Notes: generated by a model from the letters alone, not told the origin. Positions 30,558 through 40,741 are shown, counted from the stretch's first letter. The stretch is DNA of 54,181 bases from Fibrobacteria bacterium (GCA_043732185.1 JAYTHY010000125.1:1-54181); one strand, 5' to 3'. Made by a program: numbers and translations.

Positions 30558-31246
30558 TTTTTCGCTATCACTAAGAGGTTTTCATCGTAAGTCAGGATGC
30601 CCAGCATCACGGCATTGGAAAATTTCGTGAAGGGCAGGCGGTAGGTGCCGGTATGGGAAATGGGGTTCTTGCGCAAGGGATCATGAATGGTAACATGGCG
30701 GGATTTAGGATCCCATTCCGAGACCACCACAAAATGACCCACGGGATGTCCCAGAATGTCATTCTCCTCATTGTCCGGAGTCTCGCGCATATTCTGATAC
30801 AGGTAGGTGGCCGATAAACCGCAGATAATCGGCCTACGCTTGGCAAAGAGCCGATCCAATAACGACTCGTCCAAATCGTCGAACTTAACCGATCCACCCT
30901 TGCGGATAAAATCTTGGTAGAAGCCGATTACTTTTTTCTGTTTTTTACTGCGGATTTTCTTCTGCCGAAGCTTGAGCTTACTTGCCAAATCCTTGGGAGG
31001 TAAATCCTTCCAAGTCGGATCAAAGATCTTGATGTTGTAGGTGTAGATCTCGGCGGAATATCCATGGGTCAAGGCATGTCTGGCGAGGTTCACGCTAACG
31101 GTGCCTCCGGTATGCCAATGCTCGATTTCGCCTTGAAGCCTTTCGAAGGTGGTTTCCTCACCGTAGTAATCATAAATGGCTTGTAGACAGGTGATGCCGC
31201 AACTTTCATCATCGGGCTGATTGGAAACGGATACTTCAAGTTTCAT
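30554..31246 (-). CDS. Peptidase C39-like cysteine protease
   Basis: QPDDESCGITCL (catalytic Cys), GHFVVV (His), IHDP (Asp). Overlaps the neighbouring genes by ATGA. Confidence 0.87.
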   Translation of the reverse strand: MKLEVSVSNQPDDESCGITCLQAIYDYYGEETTFERLQGEIEHWHTGGTVSVNLARHALTHGYSAEIYTYNIKIFDPTWKDLPPKDLASKLKLRQKKIRSKKQKKVIGFYQDFIRKGGSVKFDDLDESLLDRLFAKRRPIICGLSATYLYQNMRETPDNEENDILGHPVGHFVVVSEWDPKSRHVTIHDPLRKNPISHTGTYRLPFTKFSNAVMLGILTYDENLLVIAKK

Positions 31247-32070
31247 TGGCCTTCCAAGGCTCCTTGAATGACCTTTTTCATCTCTTCGATTTGAGCCTGG
31301 GTGGCCTGCTGGCCTCCCGTAACACCTTGGACCAGCACGTAGTTCTTAGGAATTTGAAAAAGAGAAGCTGGGAGCGCACGGCGATCAATTCTTTTCACTT
31401 CCGTAGTCACCCGCTGTCCGTCGCGAATCACTATGCAGTTCAAGGGCAATCCAGCTTGGCCCGATTCTTCAAGGGCCTGGAAAAGTGCTGCCTCACCGAT
31501 TTGGGGATTGGCCTGCTGAAGTTTTTTCAATACAGCATAGACATCGGGCAATTCTTTGGTCACCCATGCGTCGATTAAATCTTTGTCCCGCACTAGAGTT
31601 ATATGCGTGCAAGGCAAGCCGAGAATCGGCTTCCGTCCCAGCACCGTCAGCTTATATTTATTTTTGCTTTGGGATTTTTCCATATCCTTTCCAGTCCTGC
31701 TGCCTTGGTCGGTCAGGTTCAAGGAACTGTAGGTCTTTGTCATTTCGCTCAATAGATACGCGGTCTTGGGCGTTTTCGCATCGATGAGTACCGCCAGTCT
31801 TATCGGGTCAGGAAGCGGATGGACCGTGATCTGCATATCGAGCTTGGCCATGTCTCCGGAAAGACTGAGCTCAAGATCTCCCATTCCTGACTCCATTATC
31901 AGCCGCATATCCATCACACCTTCGAAATGTGAAGCAGATGTATTTTCAGGACTTGTCTTTTGGCTGGCAGCGCCGAGGGCGAGCAGGGGGAAAAACAGAA
32001 ACATGCGTAACAAGGAATTTCTGCGCATCAATTTTTTTGGGTGGTCCCTGGGTCCTTCTTGGTTGTCCAT
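31243..32070 (-). CDS. DUF4412-domain exported protein
   Basis: Signal-like MRRNSLLRMFLFFPLLALGAA, FEGVMDM, LGRKPILGLPC, AWVTKEL, LPASLFQIPKNY. Confidence 0.78.
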   Translation of the reverse strand: MDNQEGPRDHPKKLMRRNSLLRMFLFFPLLALGAASQKTSPENTSASHFEGVMDMRLIMESGMGDLELSLSGDMAKLDMQITVHPLPDPIRLAVLIDAKTPKTAYLLSEMTKTYSSLNLTDQGSRTGKDMEKSQSKNKYKLTVLGRKPILGLPCTHITLVRDKDLIDAWVTKELPDVYAVLKKLQQANPQIGEAALFQALEESGQAGLPLNCIVIRDGQRVTTEVKRIDRRALPASLFQIPKNYVLVQGVTGGQQATQAQIEEMKKVIQGALEGQ

Positions 32071-32139
32071 TAAAAGTAACTTATCATAGGATACGATGCA
32101 GAACCTTTTGAGTCAAAAAATGAATGGACTAAAATTCGG

Positions 32140-33492
32140 ATGAGCAGACCCCACCAACTTTTCGCACGACCCGGGCTAATCCTTTGTCTTGTCTCGATAT
32201 GTGTATTATCCGCCGCCGCTGCCCCAACACTTTCTGGTCCCGCCGCCGCCGCCAAGGCTTTTGACTCGTTGCTCACGGCAGGGAAACTCAACGAGGCGCG
32301 CCGCCTCTGCACCGGCCAGGTCCTGCGCATGTTTGACTTTATCGCCATGGCCCAGGCCAAAATGGCTGAAGCCATCGACACTTCCAAATCCACGGATACC
32401 ACCCTCGAAGAAAAAACCAACGGGACCTGGGCGTATCTTAAAGTCTCCAGCCACGTGGTATTCAAGCGGCCCATGCTCGGCCAAAACGAAATCCAGTCCG
32501 TGCAGGCCATTCATCTTTTCCGTGGCCCCAGGCACTGGATGGTCGCGGAAATGGAAGAGCTTGGGAGTGCGACCGATATCGTCCATCTCCATACCGGACG
32601 ACCCGAGGACAGCCACGACAACGGCAAGGATTCGGCACGGCCCCTCGAAAGCTCCCCCAATTTATTCCCAGTATCCAGCAAAGCGCCCGCCACTGCCGGA
32701 GAAGCCGATGTTCTACAGTACCGCTTGCGGTTAAAACAGGGTGGCTCGCTGGCCCGTTTCTGCGCTCTGGGCAGTGAACAAAGGTTGATCCGCGCAGAAA
32801 GCCCATCTCAGTGGATTCTGGAAAACCGCAAATCCAAACTCGGCTCAAAGCCCAAAGCGGGTGCTGCAATAAGTCGCATCGCCCTGGACTCCCTTAAGCC
32901 GTACCTAACATCCAACGCCTACCTGGTTTTGGCGGATACCCTACTGATAGCCACGGCCACCCGGATAGCGGGACAGGAAACCGATCCAGTTAAGGTAACC
33001 GGCAATATATACTCTTGGGTTACCGCTCACTTTAATTTCGAACTCGGTGCGGTGTTATTCGGCACCAGCCCCGAGGTCCTGCGCAACCTGACCGGGGATT
33101 GCTCCGAGGCTGCAATCCTAACCGCCGCGCTTTTGCGGGCACGGGGCATCCCAGCACGCTTGGCCCTAGGTTTCGCGAGTGTAGGCCGAGGCGTTTTCAT
33201 TGGCCATGCCTGGACAGAGGCCTTCCTGCAAGGTCAATGGGTAGGCGTAGATGCCGCCTTACGTCAATTTCCAGCCGGGGTGGAACGGGTACATTTGGCG
33301 GAACAGGATGGAAAGGTTGATATGCGCGTTGCCGCCACCAACTTGATGATGTCGGTTTTGTCCAACCTCGATATCGAAATCCTCTCTGCTGAAAAAAATG
33401 GCAAGGCCATCCCTTTGACGACCTACGAAAACAATGCCGGGGAGGGCAAGAAATTTTTTGAAAGCATTCTGAAAGGGCTGGGCACACCCTGA
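32140..33492 (+). CDS. Exported transglutaminase-like domain protein
   Basis: Signal peptide. GDCSEAA..AALLRARGIPAR, GHAWTEA and WVGVD give the Cys-His-Asp triad. Confidence 0.88.
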   Translation: MSRPHQLFARPGLILCLVSICVLSAAAAPTLSGPAAAAKAFDSLLTAGKLNEARRLCTGQVLRMFDFIAMAQAKMAEAIDTSKSTDTTLEEKTNGTWAYLKVSSHVVFKRPMLGQNEIQSVQAIHLFRGPRHWMVAEMEELGSATDIVHLHTGRPEDSHDNGKDSARPLESSPNLFPVSSKAPATAGEADVLQYRLRLKQGGSLARFCALGSEQRLIRAESPSQWILENRKSKLGSKPKAGAAISRIALDSLKPYLTSNAYLVLADTLLIATATRIAGQETDPVKVTGNIYSWVTAHFNFELGAVLFGTSPEVLRNLTGDCSEAAILTAALLRARGIPARLALGFASVGRGVFIGHAWTEAFLQGQWVGVDAALRQFPAGVERVHLAEQDGKVDMRVAATNLMMSVLSNLDIEILSAEKNGKAIPLTTYENNAGEGKKFFESILKGLGTP

Positions 33493-33641
33493 CCGTTAAA
33501 GGTAAAAGACTGACCGGCTACTTCAAACTTTTGAAACTCTCCAGCAGCATTGTAGACGAATAGCTTCAAAAAGCGCAGACTCATGCAGCCAGACCGCATG
33601 GCATGATCTTTGATTATCGAGCTTAAGAGTGGGGAAGCCAA

Positions 33642-35141
33642 ATGAATGTATTTCCGTTTCACTATTTCCATTCACCGGTGAATAGAATTGCCTGGATCTT
33701 TGGGTTATGTATCACCACCGTGTTCCCAAATCATGCTGCCGCGGCTGCCTTACCTACCGGACTGCAATTCACACCATTTTTTGATTCAACCATGGCCCCA
33801 TTCCATGAACCTATTTGGTTTGGAGAATTTCCCGCGCAAAAAGGTGCCTACATGGTCGGCGAACTGGGCGGCAATATATTCCTAATGGAACCTGTAGCGG
33901 GACGTTTTCATTCCAGCCGATTCGATAGTATTCCCGTTGCCGAATTTGCCGGTAACGACGGATTGCTCGGCATTGCCTTCCATCCCGATTTCATAAAGAA
34001 CAGAAAATATTACGTCTATTACATTCTTAAAATAGGTGAGGCCGTTCTCGAAGAGCGACTCGCCGACCCTTCCTTTAAATTGAAGTCTGGTGCCAGCCGC
34101 ATTCTCTTGAGGAATGTTTTCAAAAATGTGGTTCATAATGGCGGTGATATTCATTTCGGAGTGGATGGCTTCCTTTATATCGGAATTGGAGATGCCGGCA
34201 ACCCTATGGTTTACAATACGCGTGGGCAGGACCTGCATTTATTGGCTGGGAAAATGCTCCGCATCGACGTCAACCATGCGGATGCCAATCTGGAATACGC
34301 CATTCCACTTGATAATCCTTTTGTCCATTCTGCCGACACCTTAGTGCGCAAAGAAATTTATGCGTATGGATTAAGGCAGCCTTGGCGCTGGAGCTTCGAT
34401 GTTGCGGATGGCCGCCTCATGGTCGGAGACGTGGGAGATTGGGTACACGAAGAAGTAGATGTCGTGACTAAAGGCGGCAATTATGGCTGGAGCGTGATGG
34501 AAGGAAATACCTGTTTTAATGGTGTAAACGAATTATCACCCCTCACCCATTGCGATACAACTGGATTGATTGCCCCAATCGCGGTTTTGCCTCATGAGCC
34601 CATTTCTACCGCGCCAACCGCGTGCATCATTGGCGGGTATGTATTTCGCGGCAATGCCACCTCACCATTTTTCGGCGCATATATTTTTGGAGATTTGATA
34701 ACTCGCAAAGTGTATGCCTTGAGCGCTGCGAACAATGTGCCTCCAGTGGTTACCGTCCTCGGTACCGCTCCTTCTCCCATGTCGTCATTTGGAATGGACT
34801 CAGATGGAAATATTTTTTTGGTCGGCTATTCATCGGGATTAATTTATCGGCTGGATCATCCTGACCTATTTGGAAAAGGTCTGACAATCCGGAACCGTGG
34901 CCCAGGTTCTGCTCCGATGGCAAAGATGCCTCCCAGGCTGGGAAACCAATGGCGGATGGACGAAAGGACTTTTATGGGCTTAACTGAATTGCATATCCTA
35001 AGCATGGATGGACGTGTCCTGAAGTCTATTTCAAAAGCCGAGCTGTCCCAAGGAATTGGGGTTTCCCTTCCGAGTGGGTTGTATATCGGGCAGAGCGCTT
35101 CACAAGGAAAACTCAAAAGCTTCCCGCTGCTATTGAACTAA
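33642..35141 (+). CDS. PQQ-dependent sugar dehydrogenase (GSDH family) with C-terminal sorting-like tail
   Basis: GLLGIAFHPDF, HNGGDIHFG.DGFLYIGIGD, GKMLRIDV, YAYGLRQPWRWSFD and GGNYGW motifs. Tail LHILSMDGRVL...LPSGLY. Confidence 0.9.
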   Translation: MNVFPFHYFHSPVNRIAWIFGLCITTVFPNHAAAAALPTGLQFTPFFDSTMAPFHEPIWFGEFPAQKGAYMVGELGGNIFLMEPVAGRFHSSRFDSIPVAEFAGNDGLLGIAFHPDFIKNRKYYVYYILKIGEAVLEERLADPSFKLKSGASRILLRNVFKNVVHNGGDIHFGVDGFLYIGIGDAGNPMVYNTRGQDLHLLAGKMLRIDVNHADANLEYAIPLDNPFVHSADTLVRKEIYAYGLRQPWRWSFDVADGRLMVGDVGDWVHEEVDVVTKGGNYGWSVMEGNTCFNGVNELSPLTHCDTTGLIAPIAVLPHEPISTAPTACIIGGYVFRGNATSPFFGAYIFGDLITRKVYALSAANNVPPVVTVLGTAPSPMSSFGMDSDGNIFLVGYSSGLIYRLDHPDLFGKGLTIRNRGPGSAPMAKMPPRLGNQWRMDERTFMGLTELHILSMDGRVLKSISKAELSQGIGVSLPSGLYIGQSASQGKLKSFPLLLN

Positions 35142-35185
35142 AGGACCCGGCTTATGGCTAAGCCCTTTAACTCAAAAAAGCTTTG

Positions 35186-36061
35186 CTATTTCCACGAAGC
35201 CAAAAGTATAGCCGCGAACATCAATACCGCACCGAGTAACCTATAGCCCATTATTCTCGCCCCCGCCTCTCGCTCGCGATTGGAAAACCAATGTCCTCCG
35301 AACCAAATCAAAAAAAAGCTCCACAATCCCCTCGAACTGAAAACGATGTTTGCCCGGGTAACTTGCCCAAAGAGTCCAATCGCCACTGTGAATCCCAGGG
35401 ATTGAAAACCTAAAACGGTATTGCCGCCTAGGGCCCATTTCCACGTGCTCATGGGATACACCAGTTTTGGTTTTTTCAGCAGTGGCCAGAGCGCCAAGGA
35501 ATAAACGGCCGTGGCCAAGGCAAAGGCCGGCACAAAATGAAATACGCCCCAGTGTGGGGCCCATTTTTGGATGAGCACATCTCCTAGGGCAAAACTGGCT
35601 GCTGCCAATAGAGAGAAAAAGAGAGTCACAAAAACTTTGCGTCGCGCCGACTTCACGCCGGCCTGCAAAAAAAATACTGCGCCGAAACTGAAAATTGCCG
35701 CGATCCATAAATGCCCTGGTACGGATTGTTGAAGCAATGCCACGGTCAGTAGGGCCACCATTAAAACCTTGGATCCGAGTGCCGGTGTGGCGATGGTCAG
35801 GTCCCCGGAAGAGATGGCCTTGAAGGCGAAGGCTTGCCCTAAAAAGGAACACAGTCCCATGAAAGCGGGTTGGTACCAAAGGCTCCACGGAATCATCCTG
35901 GAATCTAAAAATAGAACCGGTAAAAAAACCAATGCCATGATCCAATAGTTGACCATGGCCACGGACCATACATCCATGCCTTTTTCCAAGGAGCGCTTGA
36001 CCAGCAGCGTTCCCACAGGATAGAGCAGGCCACATACAAGGGGGAGGATTAAAAAGAGCAT
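35186..36061 (-). CDS. DMT/EamA-superfamily transporter
   Basis: About 10 transmembrane helices in two halves. Start taken at ATG 36061. Confidence 0.78.
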   Translation of the reverse strand: MLFLILPLVCGLLYPVGTLLVKRSLEKGMDVWSVAMVNYWIMALVFLPVLFLDSRMIPWSLWYQPAFMGLCSFLGQAFAFKAISSGDLTIATPALGSKVLMVALLTVALLQQSVPGHLWIAAIFSFGAVFFLQAGVKSARRKVFVTLFFSLLAAASFALGDVLIQKWAPHWGVFHFVPAFALATAVYSLALWPLLKKPKLVYPMSTWKWALGGNTVLGFQSLGFTVAIGLFGQVTRANIVFSSRGLWSFFLIWFGGHWFSNREREAGARIMGYRLLGAVLMFAAILLASWK

Positions 36062-36072
36062 GTCGCTCAAAG

Positions 36073-37536
36073 TTATATTTTCAAAGTACTGGAGAGAAAC
36101 AATCCAAAGCTGAAAGCTTTGAAATTTTGGCGGGGTTTGGCGATGGAACCATTCTCGTCCAACAACAATATTTGCTTCCCACCGCTGGTAGTAGTCCATT
36201 GGAAATGGGTTATCGAAGCAGCACCATAGGCAGCGTTCAAGCCAAACCGTGATTCTGTAAGATCTTTGTCCATTCCCAAAGACACAGTCGCACCAAAATA
36301 ATCAATGTTCCGATTCCAACTGGCCGGTCTATTGTCATGCGGACCTTGACTGAAGTCAGTATATCCACCTAAAGCCAAAGAATACCCCTTCATAATCTGA
36401 AGTTCCGTACCCCCGGAAAAATTGACAACCGAATTCTTCTCTATGGAATAGACTTTCTGGGAATCTGCCAATGATTCAAAGCCTGAACGGCCAAGGGCAT
36501 GCCCATCGGGCGAAAAGCCCTTGTACGAATAAAGACTGCCCAGATAGTAATCGGTTTGAGCGGTGAGCATGAGTCGAGGCAAAGCCTGCCAGGACACGGC
36601 CAGGGACAAGCTTGGGGCAGACACTTCAGTATTCTTAACCTTTTTTGCTATGCTATAGATTGCCTGAGCCTGTGTGGCAATCGGCGGATGTCCCGGTGTC
36701 GCCAAACTGTCATTTTTCAGATATTCCACCCGCTGTTCCTCCGCTCGGTTGATCCATACTAAACTGCCTGGCGAAGCGTTTATCCCAAACGAAACACCGT
36801 CATTGGTGCGGACTAGAATTCCAAACATTCCAGTACCGCCGAGGCCAGTCTGGTTCACGGACCGAGTCACATTGTTTTCGTAAAACCGGGCCAAGTCAGT
36901 AGTATCGCCCCCTACGAAATTACCGTCCGCACCTCCGTAAGAAGTTTTTTCCAGTTCAGTGAAATAGATAGCGTAGAGGGTCATGCCAAGGGAAATATTG
37001 TCGCTGAACTTCATGGCCGCACTTGGTCCTATGAGTGTCACCTTGGGCACCTCGTAATAACTTAGGTTGAGCTTTGAATAGCAAGGTTTGGGATTCTCAG
37101 GAAGTTCATAGCATGGTTGATTTGGAAGCGTATCCCTATACGCACCCTGAATTTTTTGCTCACCCGTGAACAGATCATTCTGCGGCGTGACAATGCTGAA
37201 ACCATACGCCCATTTTCCCATGCGCTGTGAAAAGGCTGTAATCGTAGGGCTAAAGTTGAAGGAATTATAAGGAATGATGGTACCTGGTGCAATTCCGATT
37301 TTCTGTTTTTGATATTGCACAACCTGGGCTGACACATTGAGCTTGATATTTTTGATTTGCGTCAGGCCGGCTGGATTGTAATATGTGGCCGTAGCGTCAT
37401 CGGCCAAGCCACTAAAGGCGCCGCCCAATGCCGCGGCTTTGTCGCCCACCAGCACAATTTTATGATTGAACATATCTGCGAGGGAAGGCAGAGCAACTAC
37501 CACCGCTATTCCGCAGGCTTTGGTTAAAAAATTCAT
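36073..37536 (-). CDS. Outer-membrane beta-barrel protein, FadL/OmpP1-like
   Basis: Signal peptide. GDKAAALGGAFSGLADDATATYYNPAGL is the FadL-family N-terminal signature. Confidence 0.85.
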   Translation of the reverse strand: MNFLTKACGIAVVVALPSLADMFNHKIVLVGDKAAALGGAFSGLADDATATYYNPAGLTQIKNIKLNVSAQVVQYQKQKIGIAPGTIIPYNSFNFSPTITAFSQRMGKWAYGFSIVTPQNDLFTGEQKIQGAYRDTLPNQPCYELPENPKPCYSKLNLSYYEVPKVTLIGPSAAMKFSDNISLGMTLYAIYFTELEKTSYGGADGNFVGGDTTDLARFYENNVTRSVNQTGLGGTGMFGILVRTNDGVSFGINASPGSLVWINRAEEQRVEYLKNDSLATPGHPPIATQAQAIYSIAKKVKNTEVSAPSLSLAVSWQALPRLMLTAQTDYYLGSLYSYKGFSPDGHALGRSGFESLADSQKVYSIEKNSVVNFSGGTELQIMKGYSLALGGYTDFSQGPHDNRPASWNRNIDYFGATVSLGMDKDLTESRFGLNAAYGAASITHFQWTTTSGGKQILLLDENGSIAKPRQNFKAFSFGLFLSSTLKI

Positions 37537-37623
37537 ACCTCCTATTTTTCAATTGTTTGTGGTCCGGCAGCCACTTTTTTCTTCTACGCACAAAAATCTG
37601 AGGAAGCGCCTACCAGCAAAAGC

Positions 37624-38487
37624 CTATAACGGTGCGCAAAGCCAACCACGTTCCACCCAATTCTGGAACCAGCTTCCAACACTTTGCTCCAATTGGTTAT
37701 GTTCTGTGCTGGTCAGTCGGCTATCTAATCTTTCGAATGCCGTTGCAAGCAGAGTGGGTTCTTCAAATTCCTGAAGTACTGCCAAGACGACCTTGGAGAC
37801 AGGATCCGTGCATACTTCAAGTTGCTGATTTCTGTAAATTACCAGGTTGATATCAAGAGGCTGCATCTCATACTCCTCCAATAGGCTTTCATCCTGCCTA
37901 CAGACTTCTCGATAAGTTGAAAGGTCATAGTCGAGATGCAATACCGTAACATGGGGAGCCAATTGAAGAGCCCTGGACAATATTTCATTTAAATCCACCG
38001 GCCCTAATGCGGCCAAAGCCATACCGCTTGGCGCATCGAATGCTTGCGAATAAGCACGATCGAATGCGGCGGATTGGAGTGCGGATGAGCGGTTGGTCTC
38101 GAAATAGTTCGCCTCTAAAAAATCTGGAAAGGCTACGTCCAAATGAGCCAGGTATGGAGACGATGGAGGGTAGCTTTGCAGGTACCGTATGACCCAATTG
38201 TTAAAGTTTTTTAATCCCATTGCATGGACCGCACAGGTATATTCGGATTGCATAATGCTGATGAGTCGGAACCAATACTGCTGATTATAAATGCCTAATC
38301 GACTGAAACCAGAAAGTTCACCTGTTCCTTTCAACCTTAAATCAGCTTCGGGCTTCAATTCCGGATTGGAAACAATCAATGGATTAGCTGGGTATTCGTG
38401 AGGCAGGGGCTGACTGATAGATCGGCCAAACCAAGCTTGCAAGTCCGCTAATTTGTTCTCCGAAGACTCGTGCATTTTTGAACCCAC
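37624..38487 (-). CDS. DUF2063-family protein (MNIO/DUF692 partner type)
   Basis: LADLQAWF, SRLGIYNQQYWFRL, EYTCAVHAMG..NF..WVIRYLQSYPPSS. Confidence 0.75.
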   Translation of the reverse strand: MGSKMHESSENKLADLQAWFGRSISQPLPHEYPANPLIVSNPELKPEADLRLKGTGELSGFSRLGIYNQQYWFRLISIMQSEYTCAVHAMGLKNFNNWVIRYLQSYPPSSPYLAHLDVAFPDFLEANYFETNRSSALQSAAFDRAYSQAFDAPSGMALAALGPVDLNEILSRALQLAPHVTVLHLDYDLSTYREVCRQDESLLEEYEMQPLDINLVIYRNQQLEVCTDPVSKVVLAVLQEFEEPTLLATAFERLDSRLTSTEHNQLEQSVGSWFQNWVERGWLCAPL

Positions 38488-38814
38488 CTACCGCTTGAAA
38501 ACAAAAAATACCGCTGCCACCATGCAACCAAAAGCGGCTAGGTAATTCCAGCGAAAAGCTTCTTTAAGGTAAAGTACCGAGAAAAAAGAGAACACTACTA
38601 AAGTGATCACTTCTTGGATAATTTTCAATTGGGCAGTTGTGTATTGGTAGGAGCCCAAACGATTCGCTGGAACCATAAAACAATATTCCAAAAAAGCGAT
38701 GAGCCAGCTTATTACAATGACTTTCCAAAGAGCCGCGCTCCGGTATTGAAGATGCCCGTACCAGGCAAAAGTCATGAAGACATTTGAGATGAGCAATAAG
38801 CCAATGGTTGTCAA
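38488..38814 (-). CDS. Small DMT-family membrane protein (DUF486/DMT_6)
   Basis: SNVFMTFAWYGHL, SWLIAFLEYCFMVPANR and QLKIIQEVITL motifs. Confidence 0.9.
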   Translation of the reverse strand: MTTIGLLLISNVFMTFAWYGHLQYRSAALWKVIVISWLIAFLEYCFMVPANRLGSYQYTTAQLKIIQEVITLVVFSFFSVLYLKEAFRWNYLAAFGCMVAAVFFVFKR

Positions 38815-38933
38815 TTTAATCTCCCAAAAGAACCTAGAAACTAATAAACGAAACCAACTGCTGCCCGCCCGATGGTTTTAGCGATACTGGAGAAAACCGT
38901 TTTTCCTTACGGCTCCAAGTCGTTAGTTCAAAC

Positions 38934-39917
38934 TCAAAAAGGCTGGACCTCGGTGATGATGATGCTCTCAAAACGGTTGAGCTCTTGGCGATGATATTGA
39001 AGGAAAATGGTCTCCGTGCGGACATTCTTGAGAATATTGACAATGAAGCGACTATACCTGTAAACCATCGAAATTCCCCTACCGCTTTCATCCCAAATTC
39101 CGGGCGGCATCTTCTCATCGCCTATGCGAGATTGACGGCGCAGCTTTTGTAAGACCCGCAGCATGCTTAAACTGCCGGTAGAGTCTTGCACAGAAAGACC
39201 CACCTTCTCCTGATCGGTTACCAAAGTGATTTTGATGGCCCGTCTTTCCGCGATATTCACAATGGGAGGCGTGTGCAACAGCTTGGTATCGCGATCCTCG
39301 GGAGTGATGCCTTCGATTGCGTATGAGAACGTATTGGTCAAAAGTTCGTGGAGAAACATTTTGAAGCTGGGAGCCTCCTCCGGATTCACATAGGGTTTAC
39401 AAACTTGGAAACATTCCTCAATGACTTCTGCAACCACAACCCTGCCAACATAGGTCCGGAACAAGGGGCCCACCACAAAACCATCAGGAAAATAGGGCGT
39501 GAACCCAAAAATATTTCCGGTTAAAAGTCGAATCGAAAGCGCTCGTATCATGGATGTGTCGAAGCCTTTTTTCTTGAGCACATTACCGATTCGGAATTCT
39601 TGAGCGATGGTGAAGTAATCGGATTCATCGTCGGCCAATAGCGCGATTTGCAGACTTCCATTTGACGCGGCGAGCTCTCGGATGAGTGAGGATTCCGCTG
39701 CCGTACCCGTCGAAGAAATCTCCACAAAAACCAGGCTACGATTCTTGGTAGGCAAGATTTTTCGCCATTCCCTGGCCGAGCCGGCAGTAAAAACCGGGGC
39801 AATACGGTATTCATCCCCCCAAGAAATTTCCGAAAAACAGGCCGCTAACCGTTGCGCCAGATCCGCATCATCCCCTAGAAAGACAATGGGTATGGGTAGT
39901 GCTGTCTGCATATTCAT
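38934..39917 (-). CDS. Receiver-like domain fused to a histidine-kinase-like ATPase (anti-sigma-factor type) domain
   Basis: N-terminal alpha/beta receiver-like fold. C-terminal LHELLTN (N box), SVQDSTG (D box) and ESGRGI (G box). Confidence 0.65.
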   Translation of the reverse strand: MNMQTALPIPIVFLGDDADLAQRLAACFSEISWGDEYRIAPVFTAGSAREWRKILPTKNRSLVFVEISSTGTAAESSLIRELAASNGSLQIALLADDESDYFTIAQEFRIGNVLKKKGFDTSMIRALSIRLLTGNIFGFTPYFPDGFVVGPLFRTYVGRVVVAEVIEECFQVCKPYVNPEEAPSFKMFLHELLTNTFSYAIEGITPEDRDTKLLHTPPIVNIAERRAIKITLVTDQEKVGLSVQDSTGSLSMLRVLQKLRRQSRIGDEKMPPGIWDESGRGISMVYRYSRFIVNILKNVRTETIFLQYHRQELNRFESIIITEVQPF

Positions 39918-40166
39918 AACTGGGCCTAATTCCAGAGATTATATCATTCGAACACTAGAATTCCACACCTGGAATTTTTGGGTAGTTTGGTTTCTAGCGA
40001 TTGCGCACACGCCTCTTAAAGCCCATGAATAGGGAACTTCCCCATGAGTACCAATAGTCCAAAGAAAGAAATTCATTGAAACTTCTCTAAATCTGGTGGA
40101 TACTAGTCCATAGAAATTACTGCCCATTCCGCATGAATGGGATGGTGGATTTTAGGAGTTGCAAAA

Positions 40167-40715
40167 ATGTTAACTACAGGGGAAGTGGCAAAGCTGTTCC
40201 ATGTCTCGGCCCAGACGGTCATCAACTGGCTCGACCAGGGTAGAATGCCGTATGAGCGAATCGGACGTGGTCCAAGGCGTCTCACTGAAGAAGCCGTGAT
40301 GCGCTATGTCGAGGAAATCGGAATTTCACCCGAAGCGTTGGACGAAGAGATTTATGCTCGTGCGACCAAGGCTGCGGCTGCATATCGAAATGCAACGGGA
40401 CCAGCCGTAGTGGTTACGGATGCGGAACTGAAAGTCATTGCCTGGAACGAAGCTTCGCGAACGCTCTATGGGCATACGCAAGTGGAAATGCTTGGCAAAC
40501 CTTTGGCAAAAATCGTGGCAAAAATCCATGGTTCGGATGCCGCTCTCGACTCCATGGTCCGGGCCCCTTGGCAAGACAAGTCCTTGCAGATTGAAGTGAA
40601 TCAGGAAACGCGCTACGGCAAACCGCTTACTGGAATCTTGACCTTCTCGCGCTTCTATATGGACGGGATGTTGGCTGGATTTGTAGTAGCTTGCAAGGAA
40701 AAGGGCAAGAAGTAA
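40167..40715 (+). CDS. Excisionase-type HTH (HTH_17/MerR-like) plus PAS domain regulator
   Basis: AGGAG RBS, MLTTGEVAKLFHVSAQTVINWLDQG, PAS-like AVVVTDAELKVIAWNEASRTLYGHTQVEMLGK. Confidence 0.85.
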   Translation: MLTTGEVAKLFHVSAQTVINWLDQGRMPYERIGRGPRRLTEEAVMRYVEEIGISPEALDEEIYARATKAAAAYRNATGPAVVVTDAELKVIAWNEASRTLYGHTQVEMLGKPLAKIVAKIHGSDAALDSMVRAPWQDKSLQIEVNQETRYGKPLTGILTFSRFYMDGMLAGFVVACKEKGKK

Positions 40716-40741
40716 GTTGTTTCGCGCCGAGTAAATCATAC

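Noticed and set aside
40167..40330. Excisionase-like HTH as evidence for a prophage or ICE
   Set aside because: It is fused to a PAS domain, and no integrase, att site or phage genes are nearby.
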